The translations under genes and the position numbers were made by a program. A model generated the notes under the pieces. The model did no database searches, was not told the origin of the DNA, and was given only the letters and a program-made list of their open reading frames with translations. From an uncultured Deinococcales bacterium (lineage in GTDB: Bacteria > Deinococcota > Deinococci > Deinococcales > JAAFIG01), in contig CAXTKV010000174.1 in assembly GCA_964244895.1 (NCBI GenBank), forward strand, positions 1 to 11,563: 11,563 nt of DNA. The letters are read 5' to 3'. Shown one piece after another: positions 1 through 7,724 of this stretch (position 1 is its first letter; each line of letters starts with the position of its first letter).

Positions 1-53
1 GGGCTGTTCGCGCTTCTTGCTCACGGAATAGCACCTGACGGGCTGTTCGCGCT
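1..53 (+). repeat. 39-bp tandem-repeat array, locus 1 (one full unit 15-53 plus a partial unit 1-14, truncated by the window edge)
   Basis: Unit TCTTGCTCACGGAATAGCACCTGACGGGCTGTTCGCGCT is preceded by its own 3' end GGGCTGTTCGCGCT. It has the same length and framework as the 2208-2324 units and is followed by CCCAGAC. Confidence 0.9.
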
Positions 54-65
54 CCCAGACCCAAG

Positions 66-98
66 CTCGAGAATGCGTCCTGGACGGTGTTTCTCTAG
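66..98. repeat. REP-like palindrome copy (degenerate left arm)
   Basis: CTCGAGAATGCGT-CCTGG-ACGGTGTTTCTCTAG matches the family seen at 2346-2379 and 10196-10251. Confidence 0.8.
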
Positions 99-197
99 CC
101 TTGAGCGTTTCGCCCGCGTTCTCGCAGGGGCGAGGCGCAAACATCAGAAGCATCTCGAGCCTCCACGACACCGAATCTCGAGACTCGAGGTGCGCGC

Positions 198-1181
198 GTG
201 AACCGCATCTGGAAGGCGTACCAGCGCGAATTGGTGCTGCTCGGGCTGCTCATTCTGAGCCTGATCGCGGTCGGCATCAGGGCACCATCCTTCATCAGCC
301 TGAAAACCTTCGATTCGATCTGGCAGGACAGTTCATTGCTGATCCTGCTGGCCCTCGCGCAGATGCCGATCATCATGTCGCGCGGCATTGATCTGTCGGT
401 GGCCGCGAACCTGGCGCTGACCGGCATGCTGGTCGGGTTGATCGGCAAGGCCGCGCCGGGATTGCCGGTGATCGCACTGATTGCGCTGGGCGCGGTGATC
501 GGGCTGGCGCTGGGTTGCCTGAACGGCGCGCTGATCAACCTGCTCGAGCTGCCCCCCATCGTGGCCACGCTGGGCATGCTGAGCGTCTACCGGGGCATGA
601 CCTACGTGGTGTCCGGCGGGCAGTGGATCAACTCGAACGAGCTTCCGCCGCAACTGGTGGCCTTCCCCAATGCGAGGTTCATCGGCGTGACGGGTCTGGA
701 ATGGGTGAGCCTGATCGGTGTGGTGATCGCGTTTTTCGTGATTCACCAGTCGCGCTTCGGGCGCGAGGTGCGCGCAATCGGCGGCAACCCCAATGCATCG
801 AAGTACGTCGGGATTCCGACCACGCGGCGCTTGTTCGCGCTGTACGCGATCTCCGGGACGGTCGCGGGCATCGTCGGCGTGCTGTGGGTCGCGCGGTACG
901 CGCTGGCCTCCACGGAAATCGCGGCGGGCTTCGAGCTTCAGGTCGTGGCCGCCTGCGTGCTGGGCGGCGTCAGCATCGCGGGCGGGGTCGGCAGCGTCTA
1001 CGGCACGGTGTTGGGATCGGTCTTTCTGGTGACGCTTTACAACGCGCTGCCCGTGGTCAACATCAGCCCGTTCTGGCAGACCGCGATCGTCGGCGTGGCG
1101 ATCCTGGTGGCCGCCGTGGTCAACCAGGGCGAGGGGCGCAGGAAGGGCAAGCAAATTCTTCGTCTCGAGAAAGCAGCCTGA
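198..1181 (+). CDS. rhaP: Sugar (rhamnose) ABC transporter permease, RbsC/BPD_transp_2 family, RhaP-like
   Basis: 327 aa, highly hydrophobic, with motifs GIDLSVAA, G..NG.L, PPIVATLG, FGREVRAIGGNP and GFELQVVAACVLGGVSIAGGVGS. GTG start follows GAGGTG. The rhamnose assignment comes from operon context. Confidence 0.85.
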   Translation: MNRIWKAYQRELVLLGLLILSLIAVGIRAPSFISLKTFDSIWQDSSLLILLALAQMPIIMSRGIDLSVAANLALTGMLVGLIGKAAPGLPVIALIALGAVIGLALGCLNGALINLLELPPIVATLGMLSVYRGMTYVVSGGQWINSNELPPQLVAFPNARFIGVTGLEWVSLIGVVIAFFVIHQSRFGREVRAIGGNPNASKYVGIPTTRRLFALYAISGTVAGIVGVLWVARYALASTEIAAGFELQVVAACVLGGVSIAGGVGSVYGTVLGSVFLVTLYNALPVVNISPFWQTAIVGVAILVAAVVNQGEGRRKGKQILRLEKAA

Positions 1182-1184
1182 GCC

Positions 1185-2198
1185 ATGCAGAACGTCTCCC
1201 CGTCGCACCAGAGCTCAGGCGTCCAGCCCAAAGCGCCGTTCAGAGCCTCGAGCTTATTGTTCCGCTGGGAAGTCATCCTGGTCGTTTTGTTCATCGTCGT
1301 GATGATCGTCAACAGCCGCCTGACGCCGTACTTCTGGGACCCGTACAACCTGGGCGACGCGACCTTCAACTTCGCCGAAAAAGGCATCATGGCGCTCGCG
1401 ATGGCGCTGGTGATCCTGTGCCGAGACATCGATCTGTCGGTGGCTTCCACCATCGCGCTCAGTTCGCTGACGATGGGCTTCGCCGCGCAAGCTGGCGCTG
1501 GGCCGTTCGTCCTATTCGCCGTCGGCATCCTGACGGGCACGATCTGCGGCGCGTTCAACGGCTTTCTGGTGATCCGCTTCGCCGTGCCGAGCATTGCGAT
1601 CACGCTCGGTACGCTGTCCTTGTTTCGCGGCATCTCCCAGGCCGTGCTGGGCGATCAGGCGTTGACCACTTACCCCGCCAGTTTCTCGAGCATTGGGCAG
1701 GGGTACTTCTTCAAATACCTGCCGATTTCGTTCGTGACTTTTCTGGTTCTGGCCGTGATCGTCGGTTTCGTGCTGGCGCGCACGCGCTGGGGACGGAACC
1801 TCTACGCCATCGGCAACAACCCGGAGGCCGCGCGGTTTTCCGGCATTCCCGTCAGCGCGTACCGATTCGCCATCTTCACCCTGTCCGGCGCGTTCGCTGG
1901 CCTCGCTGCCGCCTACCTGACGGGCCGAATCTCGAGCACGAGACCCAACATCGCACAGGGCTGGGAACTGGATGTGATCACGATGGTCGTGCTGGGCGGC
2001 GTCAGCATCGCGGGCGGCACGGGCACGATCGCGGGCGTGGTGATCGCCGTGCTGCTTTTGGGCATGATCTCTTTCGGCATGGCTTTGTTGAACATTCCCG
2101 GCATCGTCGCCAGCATCGTGATTGGGTCGTTGCTGGTGCTGGCGATTGCGTTACCACCGATCATCAAGCGCTTCGTCAGACCTGGGGCGAAAACGTGA
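1185..2198 (+). CDS. rhaQ: Sugar (rhamnose) ABC transporter permease, RhaQ-like
   Basis: 337 aa with DIDLSVAS, PSIAITLGT, WGRNLYAIGNNPEAARFSGI and STRPNIAQGWELDVITMVVLGGVSIAGG. Starts 3 nt after the first permease. Confidence 0.85.
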   Translation: MQNVSPSHQSSGVQPKAPFRASSLLFRWEVILVVLFIVVMIVNSRLTPYFWDPYNLGDATFNFAEKGIMALAMALVILCRDIDLSVASTIALSSLTMGFAAQAGAGPFVLFAVGILTGTICGAFNGFLVIRFAVPSIAITLGTLSLFRGISQAVLGDQALTTYPASFSSIGQGYFFKYLPISFVTFLVLAVIVGFVLARTRWGRNLYAIGNNPEAARFSGIPVSAYRFAIFTLSGAFAGLAAAYLTGRISSTRPNIAQGWELDVITMVVLGGVSIAGGTGTIAGVVIAVLLLGMISFGMALLNIPGIVASIVIGSLLVLAIALPPIIKRFVRPGAKT

Positions 2199-2207
2199 GA
2201 ACACCGT

Positions 2208-2324
2208 TCTTGCTCGAAAGACAGCACCTGACGGGCTACTCGCGCTTCTTGCTCGTAAGACAGCACCTGACGGGCTACTCGCGCTTCTTGCTCGAAAGAC
2301 AGCACCTGACGGGCTACTCGCGCT
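2208..2324 (+). repeat. 39-bp tandem-repeat array, locus 2 (3 units: 2208-2246, 2247-2285, 2286-2324)
   Basis: Unit TCTTGCTCGAAAGACAGCACCTGACGGGCTACTCGCGCT x3; unit 2 differs by one base (GTAAG vs GAAAG). Flanked by GAACACCGT (2199-2207) and CCCACAC (2325-2331). Confidence 0.97.
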
Positions 2325-2345
2325 CCCACACACGAATTTTGGAAT

Positions 2346-2379
2346 CTCGAGAAACACCGTCCTGGACGGTGTTCTCGAG
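2346..2379. repeat. REP-like palindrome, near-perfect copy
   Basis: CTCGAG-AAACACCGT-CCTGG-ACGGTGTT-CTCGAG, a dyad centred on T2363 and capped by CTCGAG on both sides. Confidence 0.92.
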
Positions 2380-2400
2380 CATCAGGATTGGTGGAATCTC

Positions 2401-3171
2401 GTGCTGACGGAGACGCCACCCAGGGCGCGGCACGAGGTCATCCTTCAGGAAGTCCTGACGCGCAAAACCGTGCGCATCAAAGACCTGGCGCACAAGCTGG
2501 GCGTTCACGAGATGACCGTGCGACGCGACGTGGACACGCTGGTCGAACAGGGTTTGCTCGAACGCATTCACGGCGGTGCGAGGTTGCTGACCCGCGCCAG
2601 CGACGAGGTGGCGTACAGCCTGCGCGTCAACGAACGCGCGGACGTGAAAGCCCGCCTCGCCCGCGCCGCGCTCGAGTTGATCCGCGACGGTGACACCATC
2701 GCGCTGGACGCGAGCACCACGGTCTTGTCTCTGGCGCAGATCGTGGGCGCGAGGGACGTGACCGCGATCACCACCAGCTTGGACGCCGCCAACGCCCTGG
2801 CGGGCGCGAACGTGCCGTTCACGCTGATCGGCGGGACGTTCCACGCTCGGGCACGAAGCTTCGTCGGGCCGCTCGCCACGGCGACGCTGAAGAAATTGCA
2901 CCCGGACAAGGTGTTCTTCTCGAGCAAAGGCTTCACGCCCAAAGCGGGCTTCACGGACGCGCACCTGCCGGAAACCGAGATGAAAGAACGCCTGATTTCC
3001 AACGGCGGCCTGATCGTGGCGATGCTGGATCACACCAAGTTTGGACGCACAGCGTTGAACACGATTGCCGATCTGGACGCGGTGGATGTCTTGATCACCG
3101 ATGAAGAACCCGAGCAGGACGTGAGGGATACGCTCGAGGCGGCGGATATTCGATTGATTGTGAGTGAATAG
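2401..3171 (+). CDS. DeoR/GlpR-family transcriptional regulator (probable rhamnose operon repressor)
   Basis: HTH segment IKDLAHKLGVHEMTVRRDVDTLVEQGLLERIHGGA and sensor-domain motifs GDTIALDASTT, DHTKFG and VDVLITD. GTG at 2401 follows GGTGGA and gives a typical 256 aa protein; the 2122 start in the ORF track runs through repeats. Confidence 0.92.
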   Translation: MLTETPPRARHEVILQEVLTRKTVRIKDLAHKLGVHEMTVRRDVDTLVEQGLLERIHGGARLLTRASDEVAYSLRVNERADVKARLARAALELIRDGDTIALDASTTVLSLAQIVGARDVTAITTSLDAANALAGANVPFTLIGGTFHARARSFVGPLATATLKKLHPDKVFFSSKGFTPKAGFTDAHLPETEMKERLISNGGLIVAMLDHTKFGRTALNTIADLDAVDVLITDEEPEQDVRDTLEAADIRLIVSE

Positions 3172-3172
3172 T

Positions 3173-3607
3173 ATGACTCAAGAATCATCAGAAGGATTGA
3201 CAAATAAAGACTTAATCAAACTAGCATTAAAAATGTGTCTCAAGACAGTTTCTATAGCTTCAATTTTGTACATCGCATTCTTTGTTATTTTCAATATATT
3301 TTCTAAACAGAATCTAGACTTTATAGAGAATATGGCGGGTTTAGCTTACTTCAATTCCACCGCAATACTTTTTTATACGTTCGTGATTTCCCAAGCGTTG
3401 ACTCAAAATAAAAAACGATCTCCAGTCTTATTTATTCTGATTTTTCTTGTGATTCTTATTGTTTTTACAGCGAATCTAGGTGGAGTGACTAAAATAGTTT
3501 CGATTATTCTTCCCTCGATACTTTTTTCGATGGTTTTGTTCTGGGTAAATATTCGAGCCGCCATAAGAGCTTCACAAATAGCCGATTCTGAGGAGGTCTC
3601 GAGATGA
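3173..3607 (+). CDS. Hypothetical membrane protein (~4 TM), low GC
   Basis: Open frame of 144 aa from ATG 3173 (or GTG 3164) that fills the deoR-rhaI gap exactly. It has four hydrophobic stretches, and its stop overlaps the rhaI start (ATGA). About 31% GC by hand count over 3181-3540. Confidence 0.75.
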   Translation: MTQESSEGLTNKDLIKLALKMCLKTVSIASILYIAFFVIFNIFSKQNLDFIENMAGLAYFNSTAILFYTFVISQALTQNKKRSPVLFILIFLVILIVFTANLGGVTKIVSIILPSILFSMVLFWVNIRAAIRASQIADSEEVSR

Positions 3608-4803
3608 ACGTCCCTCAAACCGTGCGGGATACGCTCAAACGCCAACACATCGAAACGCCGTCGTGGGGGTACAGCAACGCGGGGACGAGGTTCAAGACCT
3701 TCCCGAGTCCAGGAGCGGCACGCAACATCCACGAAAAGCTCGAGGATGCGGGCATGGTGCAGCAACTCACGGGCATCGCGCCGAGCGTGGCGATTCACAT
3801 TCCGTGGGACAAACCGGGCGATGGGCTCGAGAGTTTTCACGCGTTGCGCGAGTTCGCGGAATCAAAAGGCGTGAAGCTGGGCGCGGTCAACCCGAACCTC
3901 TTTCAGAACGAGGCGTACAGGTTGAGTTCCATCGCCAGCCCGGACAAGGCGGCTCGAGAGAAGGCCGTCGCGCACATGATCGAGTGCGTGGAGATCATGA
4001 AGGTCACAGGCTCGAGGGATTTGAGTTTGTGGTTCCCGGACGGCACGAATTACGCGGGGCAGGACGATCTGCGATCCCGAAAACGCCGCGTGCGGGACGC
4101 CTTGCAGCGCGTGTACGACGTGATGCCGGACGACACGAGAATGCTGGTGGAGTACAAATTCTTCGAGCCAGCCTTCTACACCACCGACCTGTGCGATTGG
4201 GGCGTCGCTTACGCGCACTGCGTGGCGCTGGGCGAGAAAGCGCAAGTGCTGGTGGATCTGGGCCACCACGCGCAGGGCACGAACATTGAAAACATCGTGG
4301 CGATCCTGCTGGACGAGGGCAAACTGGGCGGCTTCCACTTCAACAACCGCCGTTACGCGGACGATGATTTGATCGTCGGCAGCGCCAACCCGCTCGAGTT
4401 GTTCTGCATCTACAACGAACTCGTCGGCGCGGAATTCTCGAGCGACGCGGTGGCGTCCAGCACGGCCAAAAACGTGGCCTACATGATCGACCAGTGCCAT
4501 TACCTCGAGAACAAGATCGAGGCGATGGTCGTGAGCGTGCTGAATTGCCAGGAAGCACTGGCGAAGGCGCTCTTGGTGGATCGGGATGCGCTCAAGGTTG
4601 CGCAAGAAAAAGGCGATTTGCTGGGTGCGAATCAAATCCTGATGGACGCGTACCGCACCGATGTGCGCGGTTTGCTGGCGGAGATTCGCGCCGAGAAGGG
4701 CTGCCCCGCCGACCCGTTCAGGGCGCTGCGCGAATCGGGTTATCTCGAGAAGATCATCGCTGAGCGCGGCACGGCATCGGCTGGCGGGGGCTTTCCCGAG
4801 TAG
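3604..4803 (+). CDS. rhaI: L-rhamnose isomerase, RhaI type
   Basis: 399 aa with [62 protein letters not shown] and YMIDQCH. SD GAGGAGG lies upstream. Confidence 0.93.
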   Translation: MNVPQTVRDTLKRQHIETPSWGYSNAGTRFKTFPSPGAARNIHEKLEDAGMVQQLTGIAPSVAIHIPWDKPGDGLESFHALREFAESKGVKLGAVNPNLFQNEAYRLSSIASPDKAAREKAVAHMIECVEIMKVTGSRDLSLWFPDGTNYAGQDDLRSRKRRVRDALQRVYDVMPDDTRMLVEYKFFEPAFYTTDLCDWGVAYAHCVALGEKAQVLVDLGHHAQGTNIENIVAILLDEGKLGGFHFNNRRYADDDLIVGSANPLELFCIYNELVGAEFSSDAVASSTAKNVAYMIDQCHYLENKIEAMVVSVLNCQEALAKALLVDRDALKVAQEKGDLLGANQILMDAYRTDVRGLLAEIRAEKGCPADPFRALRESGYLEKIIAERGTASAGGGFPE

Positions 4804-4860
4804 CGTTCTCGTCAGCGCTCGAGTCGTCCAGAGCGATTCCTCGAGCGTGCCCGATCCAAA

Positions 4861-4914
4861 GAACACCGTCCCACACGCAATATCAGTAACATCGTCCAGG
4901 ACGGTGTTCCCGAG
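4861..4914. repeat. REP-like doublet, includes an empty target site
   Basis: GAACACCGT-CCCAC-ACG (4861-4877) is followed by TAACATCGT-CCAGG-ACGGTGTTC (4887-4909). The outer arms form an 11-bp perfect inverted repeat. A further CGCTCGAG...CTCGAGCG hairpin lies at 4816-4847. Confidence 0.88.
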
Positions 4915-4928
4915 AATCACGGGGAGGA

Positions 4929-7025
4929 ATGAGCGACATGCCGAAGAACTTGTGGAACGCAAAGGAAGCTCCGAAGGGTCAGGGACTCTCGAGCCTCGCT
5001 TACAGGTCGCGCTTGCTGGGCGCGGATCGGGCCGTGGTGAACATCTACGGCGGTAACACCAGCACCAAGAGCCTCGAGAAAGACCACACCGGACGTGAGA
5101 TCGAGGTCTTGTGGGTCAAGGGTTCGGGTTCGGACATCGCGGACATCACGGAAAAGGGCTTCGCGGGATTGAAGCTCAGTGAAGTGCTGCCGCTGTTCGA
5201 GCGCGAGTCCATGACGGACGAGGAGATGGTCGCGTATTTAGAGCGCTGCGCGTTCGAGCCGGGACGCCCGCGCCAGAGCATCGAGACGCTGTTGCACGCG
5301 TTCGTGCCGTTCAAGCACGTGGATCACACGCACCCGGACGCCGTGATCTCGATTGCCTGCGCGCCGAACGGCAAGAAAGTTATGCGCGAGATTTTTGGTG
5401 ATCGCGCGGCCTGGGTGGATTACATCCGTCCGGGCTTCACGCTTTCCCAGCAGATCGGCGCGGCGGTCAGGAAGAACCCGAATCTGGATTGCGTCGTGAT
5501 GGGCAAGCACGGCCTGGTGACGTGGGGCGACACGCCCGAAGCCTGCTACGACAAATCCATCGCCATTATCGGTGAAGTCGAGGCGTACCTGAAGAAGCGC
5601 GCGCTGAAAAATCCGTTCGGCGCTCAGGTCGTGAAGCCCGTCACTGAGAAAACCAGGGCGAGATTGCTCGCCAAACTTCTGCCCGTGCTGCGCGGCGCGA
5701 TGAGCGCATCCAGACCGGCAATTCTGATGGTGGATTCATCGAAGGAAGCGCTCGAGTTCGCGGGTGGCAAGGATTCCGCCAAGCTCTCGCAGGTCGGTGC
5801 GGCCTGCCCGGATCACCTGGTGCACACCAAGCGCACGCCGTTGTGGATCGACTGGAAACCGTCGGATGGCGAAGACGCGCTGGTCGAGAAGGCTCGAGCG
5901 GGCGTGGCCAAATTTGCGAAGGACTACGAGGCGTATTTCAACAAGAACAAATCCGAAGGCGACAGGATGTTCACGCCGATTCCGCGCATCACGCTGATTC
6001 CGGGCGTGGGCATGATCACGGCGGGAACGGACGCGATGGGCGCGGAGGTCTCGCGGCAGTTGTACCACCGCGCGATCAGCGTGATCAAGGGCGCTCGCGC
6101 GTGCGGCGGCTTCGTCAGCCTCTCCCCCGCTGAAAGTTACGCCATCGAATACTGGCCGCTGGAGTTGTACAAGCTTTCCCAGAAGCCCGCCCCTCGAGCG
6201 CTGGAGGGCAAGGTCGCGCTGGTCACGGGCGGCGCGAGCGGCATCGGCAAGGCGATCGCGTTGCGCTACGCGGCGGAGGGCGCGCACCTGGTGATCGCGG
6301 ACTTGAACGGTGAGGGCGCGGAGGCGGTGGCCGAGGAAATCCGCAACGCGCGAGGCTTCCGCCGCGCCATCGGCCTCAAGATGAACGTCACTTCCGAAGC
6401 CGAAGTCCAGGCCGCGTTCGAGAAGACCATCCTCGAGTACGGCGGCGTGGATCTGGTGGTGAACAACGCGGGCATTTCCGCGAGCGCACCGATTGAAGAG
6501 ACCAGCCTGGAGATGTGGAACCGCAATCAATCGATCCTCTCGACCGGGTACTTCCTGGTGGCGCGCGAAGCCTTCCGCGTGTTCAAAACGCAGGGCCGAA
6601 TCGCGTCCGGTAGCGGCAACACCGAGGGCGGAAGCCTGGTCTTTATTTGCTCTAAGAACAGCGTCGCGGCGGGCAAGAACGCCGCCGCCTACAGCGCCGC
6701 GAAAGCCGCCGAGTTGCACCTCGCGCGCTGCCTGGCCGAGGAGGGCGGCGCGAGCGGCATCCGGGTCAATTCGATCATGCCGGACGCCGTGCTGCGCGGT
6801 TCGGGCATCTGGGATTCGAGCTGGAAAAAGGAACGCGCCGCGACCTACGGCATCCGCGAGGATCAACTCGACGATTTCTACAAGGCCCGCACGACGCTCC
6901 GGGTCAGCATCTACCCGGAGGACATCGCGGAGGCCGCGTTCTTCTTCGCGTCTCCCGCCGCCGCCAAGACCACCGGCGGCGTGCTGACCGTGGACGGTGG
7001 CGTGCCGCTCGCCTACGTCCGGTGA
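4929..7025 (+). CDS. rhaD: Bifunctional rhamnulose-1-phosphate aldolase / short-chain dehydrogenase
   Basis: 698 aa. The N-terminal class II aldolase domain has GGNTSTK, VKGSG, SIETLLH, DHTHPD, KHGL and CPDH. The C-terminal SDR has TGGASGIG, VNNAG, YSAAK and VDGG. SD GGAGG. Confidence 0.93.
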   Translation: MSDMPKNLWNAKEAPKGQGLSSLAYRSRLLGADRAVVNIYGGNTSTKSLEKDHTGREIEVLWVKGSGSDIADITEKGFAGLKLSEVLPLFERESMTDEEMVAYLERCAFEPGRPRQSIETLLHAFVPFKHVDHTHPDAVISIACAPNGKKVMREIFGDRAAWVDYIRPGFTLSQQIGAAVRKNPNLDCVVMGKHGLVTWGDTPEACYDKSIAIIGEVEAYLKKRALKNPFGAQVVKPVTEKTRARLLAKLLPVLRGAMSASRPAILMVDSSKEALEFAGGKDSAKLSQVGAACPDHLVHTKRTPLWIDWKPSDGEDALVEKARAGVAKFAKDYEAYFNKNKSEGDRMFTPIPRITLIPGVGMITAGTDAMGAEVSRQLYHRAISVIKGARACGGFVSLSPAESYAIEYWPLELYKLSQKPAPRALEGKVALVTGGASGIGKAIALRYAAEGAHLVIADLNGEGAEAVAEEIRNARGFRRAIGLKMNVTSEAEVQAAFEKTILEYGGVDLVVNNAGISASAPIEETSLEMWNRNQSILSTGYFLVAREAFRVFKTQGRIASGSGNTEGGSLVFICSKNSVAAGKNAAAYSAAKAAELHLARCLAEEGGASGIRVNSIMPDAVLRGSGIWDSSWKKERAATYGIREDQLDDFYKARTTLRVSIYPEDIAEAAFFFASPAAAKTTGGVLTVDGGVPLAYVR

Positions 7026-7034
7026 AGATATGAA

Positions 7035-7093
7035 GAACATCGTCCAGGACAGTGTTTCTCGAGCATCAAAGAACGCCGTTTGGGACGGTGTTC
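7035..7093. repeat. REP-like doublet, includes an empty target site on the - strand
   Basis: GAACATCGT-CCAGG-ACAGTGTTT-CTCGAG, then GAACGCCGT-TTGGG-ACGGTGTTC (7071-7093), whose reverse complement is GAACACCGT-CCCAA-ACGGCGTTC. Confidence 0.88.
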
Positions 7094-7163
7094 AGGCTTT
7101 CAAGGCTCGAGTCCAGGCGAGGATCACGGCGCGCTTTTTCGCCCTGGCGCACGGCGGGCTGCC

Positions 7164-7685
7164 GTGAAGAAACGAGGCGCGAGCGAGCGGCGGGACACCC
7201 GGAAATCGTTCAGGAAATCGGTTCCGACATCCACGGTCATGATCGCGCTCGGTGAGACGCTCACATCAGCCACGGGACAGGAAAAATACCAGCACATCCA
7301 CGGCGAGATGCGGCTCGAGATCGGCGGGCGGGTCGTGCCGTACATGGGTTACCTGGGGCCGAAGGACGTGTGCATCAACGGTTGGGTTCGCGTATTGCGC
7401 TCCGTGATCGAGGTCTTCGGGCGCGACGGTCTCGAGCACACCTTCGACGAGGGCGAGCAGGGTCAGCCCGCGTACCGCTTCGAGCGCGACGGCGAGATGG
7501 CTTACCTGTCGATCGTGGATTCGCCGCTCTCCGAGGCTTCGGGTGACAAGAAATTCCAGCGCGTGCCGTTCAACTGGCGCGATCTGGAACCCGCGCTGCA
7601 CGGCTTCCGCGATGCGTTACTCGGGCGGTTGGGAACGCTCGCACCCTCGCAGGTCGAACACTGGAAACGGGTCTTCAAAGCCTGA
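7164..7685 (+). CDS. Hypothetical soluble protein, start uncertain (GTG 7164 or ATG 7239)
   Basis: The open frame has host-like GC3 codon usage and fills the rhaD-rhaB gap. The sequence is globular-looking (PYMGYLGPKDVCINGW, FDEGEQGQPAYRFERDG). No family recognised. Confidence 0.65.
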   Translation: MKKRGASERRDTRKSFRKSVPTSTVMIALGETLTSATGQEKYQHIHGEMRLEIGGRVVPYMGYLGPKDVCINGWVRVLRSVIEVFGRDGLEHTFDEGEQGQPAYRFERDGEMAYLSIVDSPLSEASGDKKFQRVPFNWRDLEPALHGFRDALLGRLGTLAPSQVEHWKRVFKA

Positions 7686-7699
7686 GAACGCGATCTACA

Positions 7700-7717
7700 A
7701 TCGTCCAGCACGGGGTG
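7700..7717. repeat. Degenerate REP-like copy
   Basis: ATCGT-CCAGC-ACGGGGTG has the same CCAGC centre as the - strand copy at 9260-9279. Confidence 0.45.
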
Positions 7718-7724
7718 AAATCTG

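Noticed and set aside
2208..2324. CRISPR array interpretation of the 39-bp repeats
   Set aside because: Units are directly adjacent with no unique spacers, and there are no cas genes or leader in the window.
2122..2400. N-terminal (LLARKTAPDGLLA)x3 extension of the DeoR protein
   Set aside because: This is an artefact of a 39-bp (multiple of 3) DNA repeat that is open in several frames. It overlaps rhaQ, and a GTG with an SD at 2401 gives a normal-length DeoR.
515..2407. 630-aa alternative-frame ORF over both permeases
   Set aside because: Arg/Gly/Ala-rich shadow frame typical of high-GC DNA with no recognisable domain; the frames it overlaps encode clear permeases.
3164..7717. Integron-cassette explanation for the two orphan ORFs
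   Set aside because: I found no attC-like RYYYAAC...GTTRRRY structure after either ORF and no integrase in the window.
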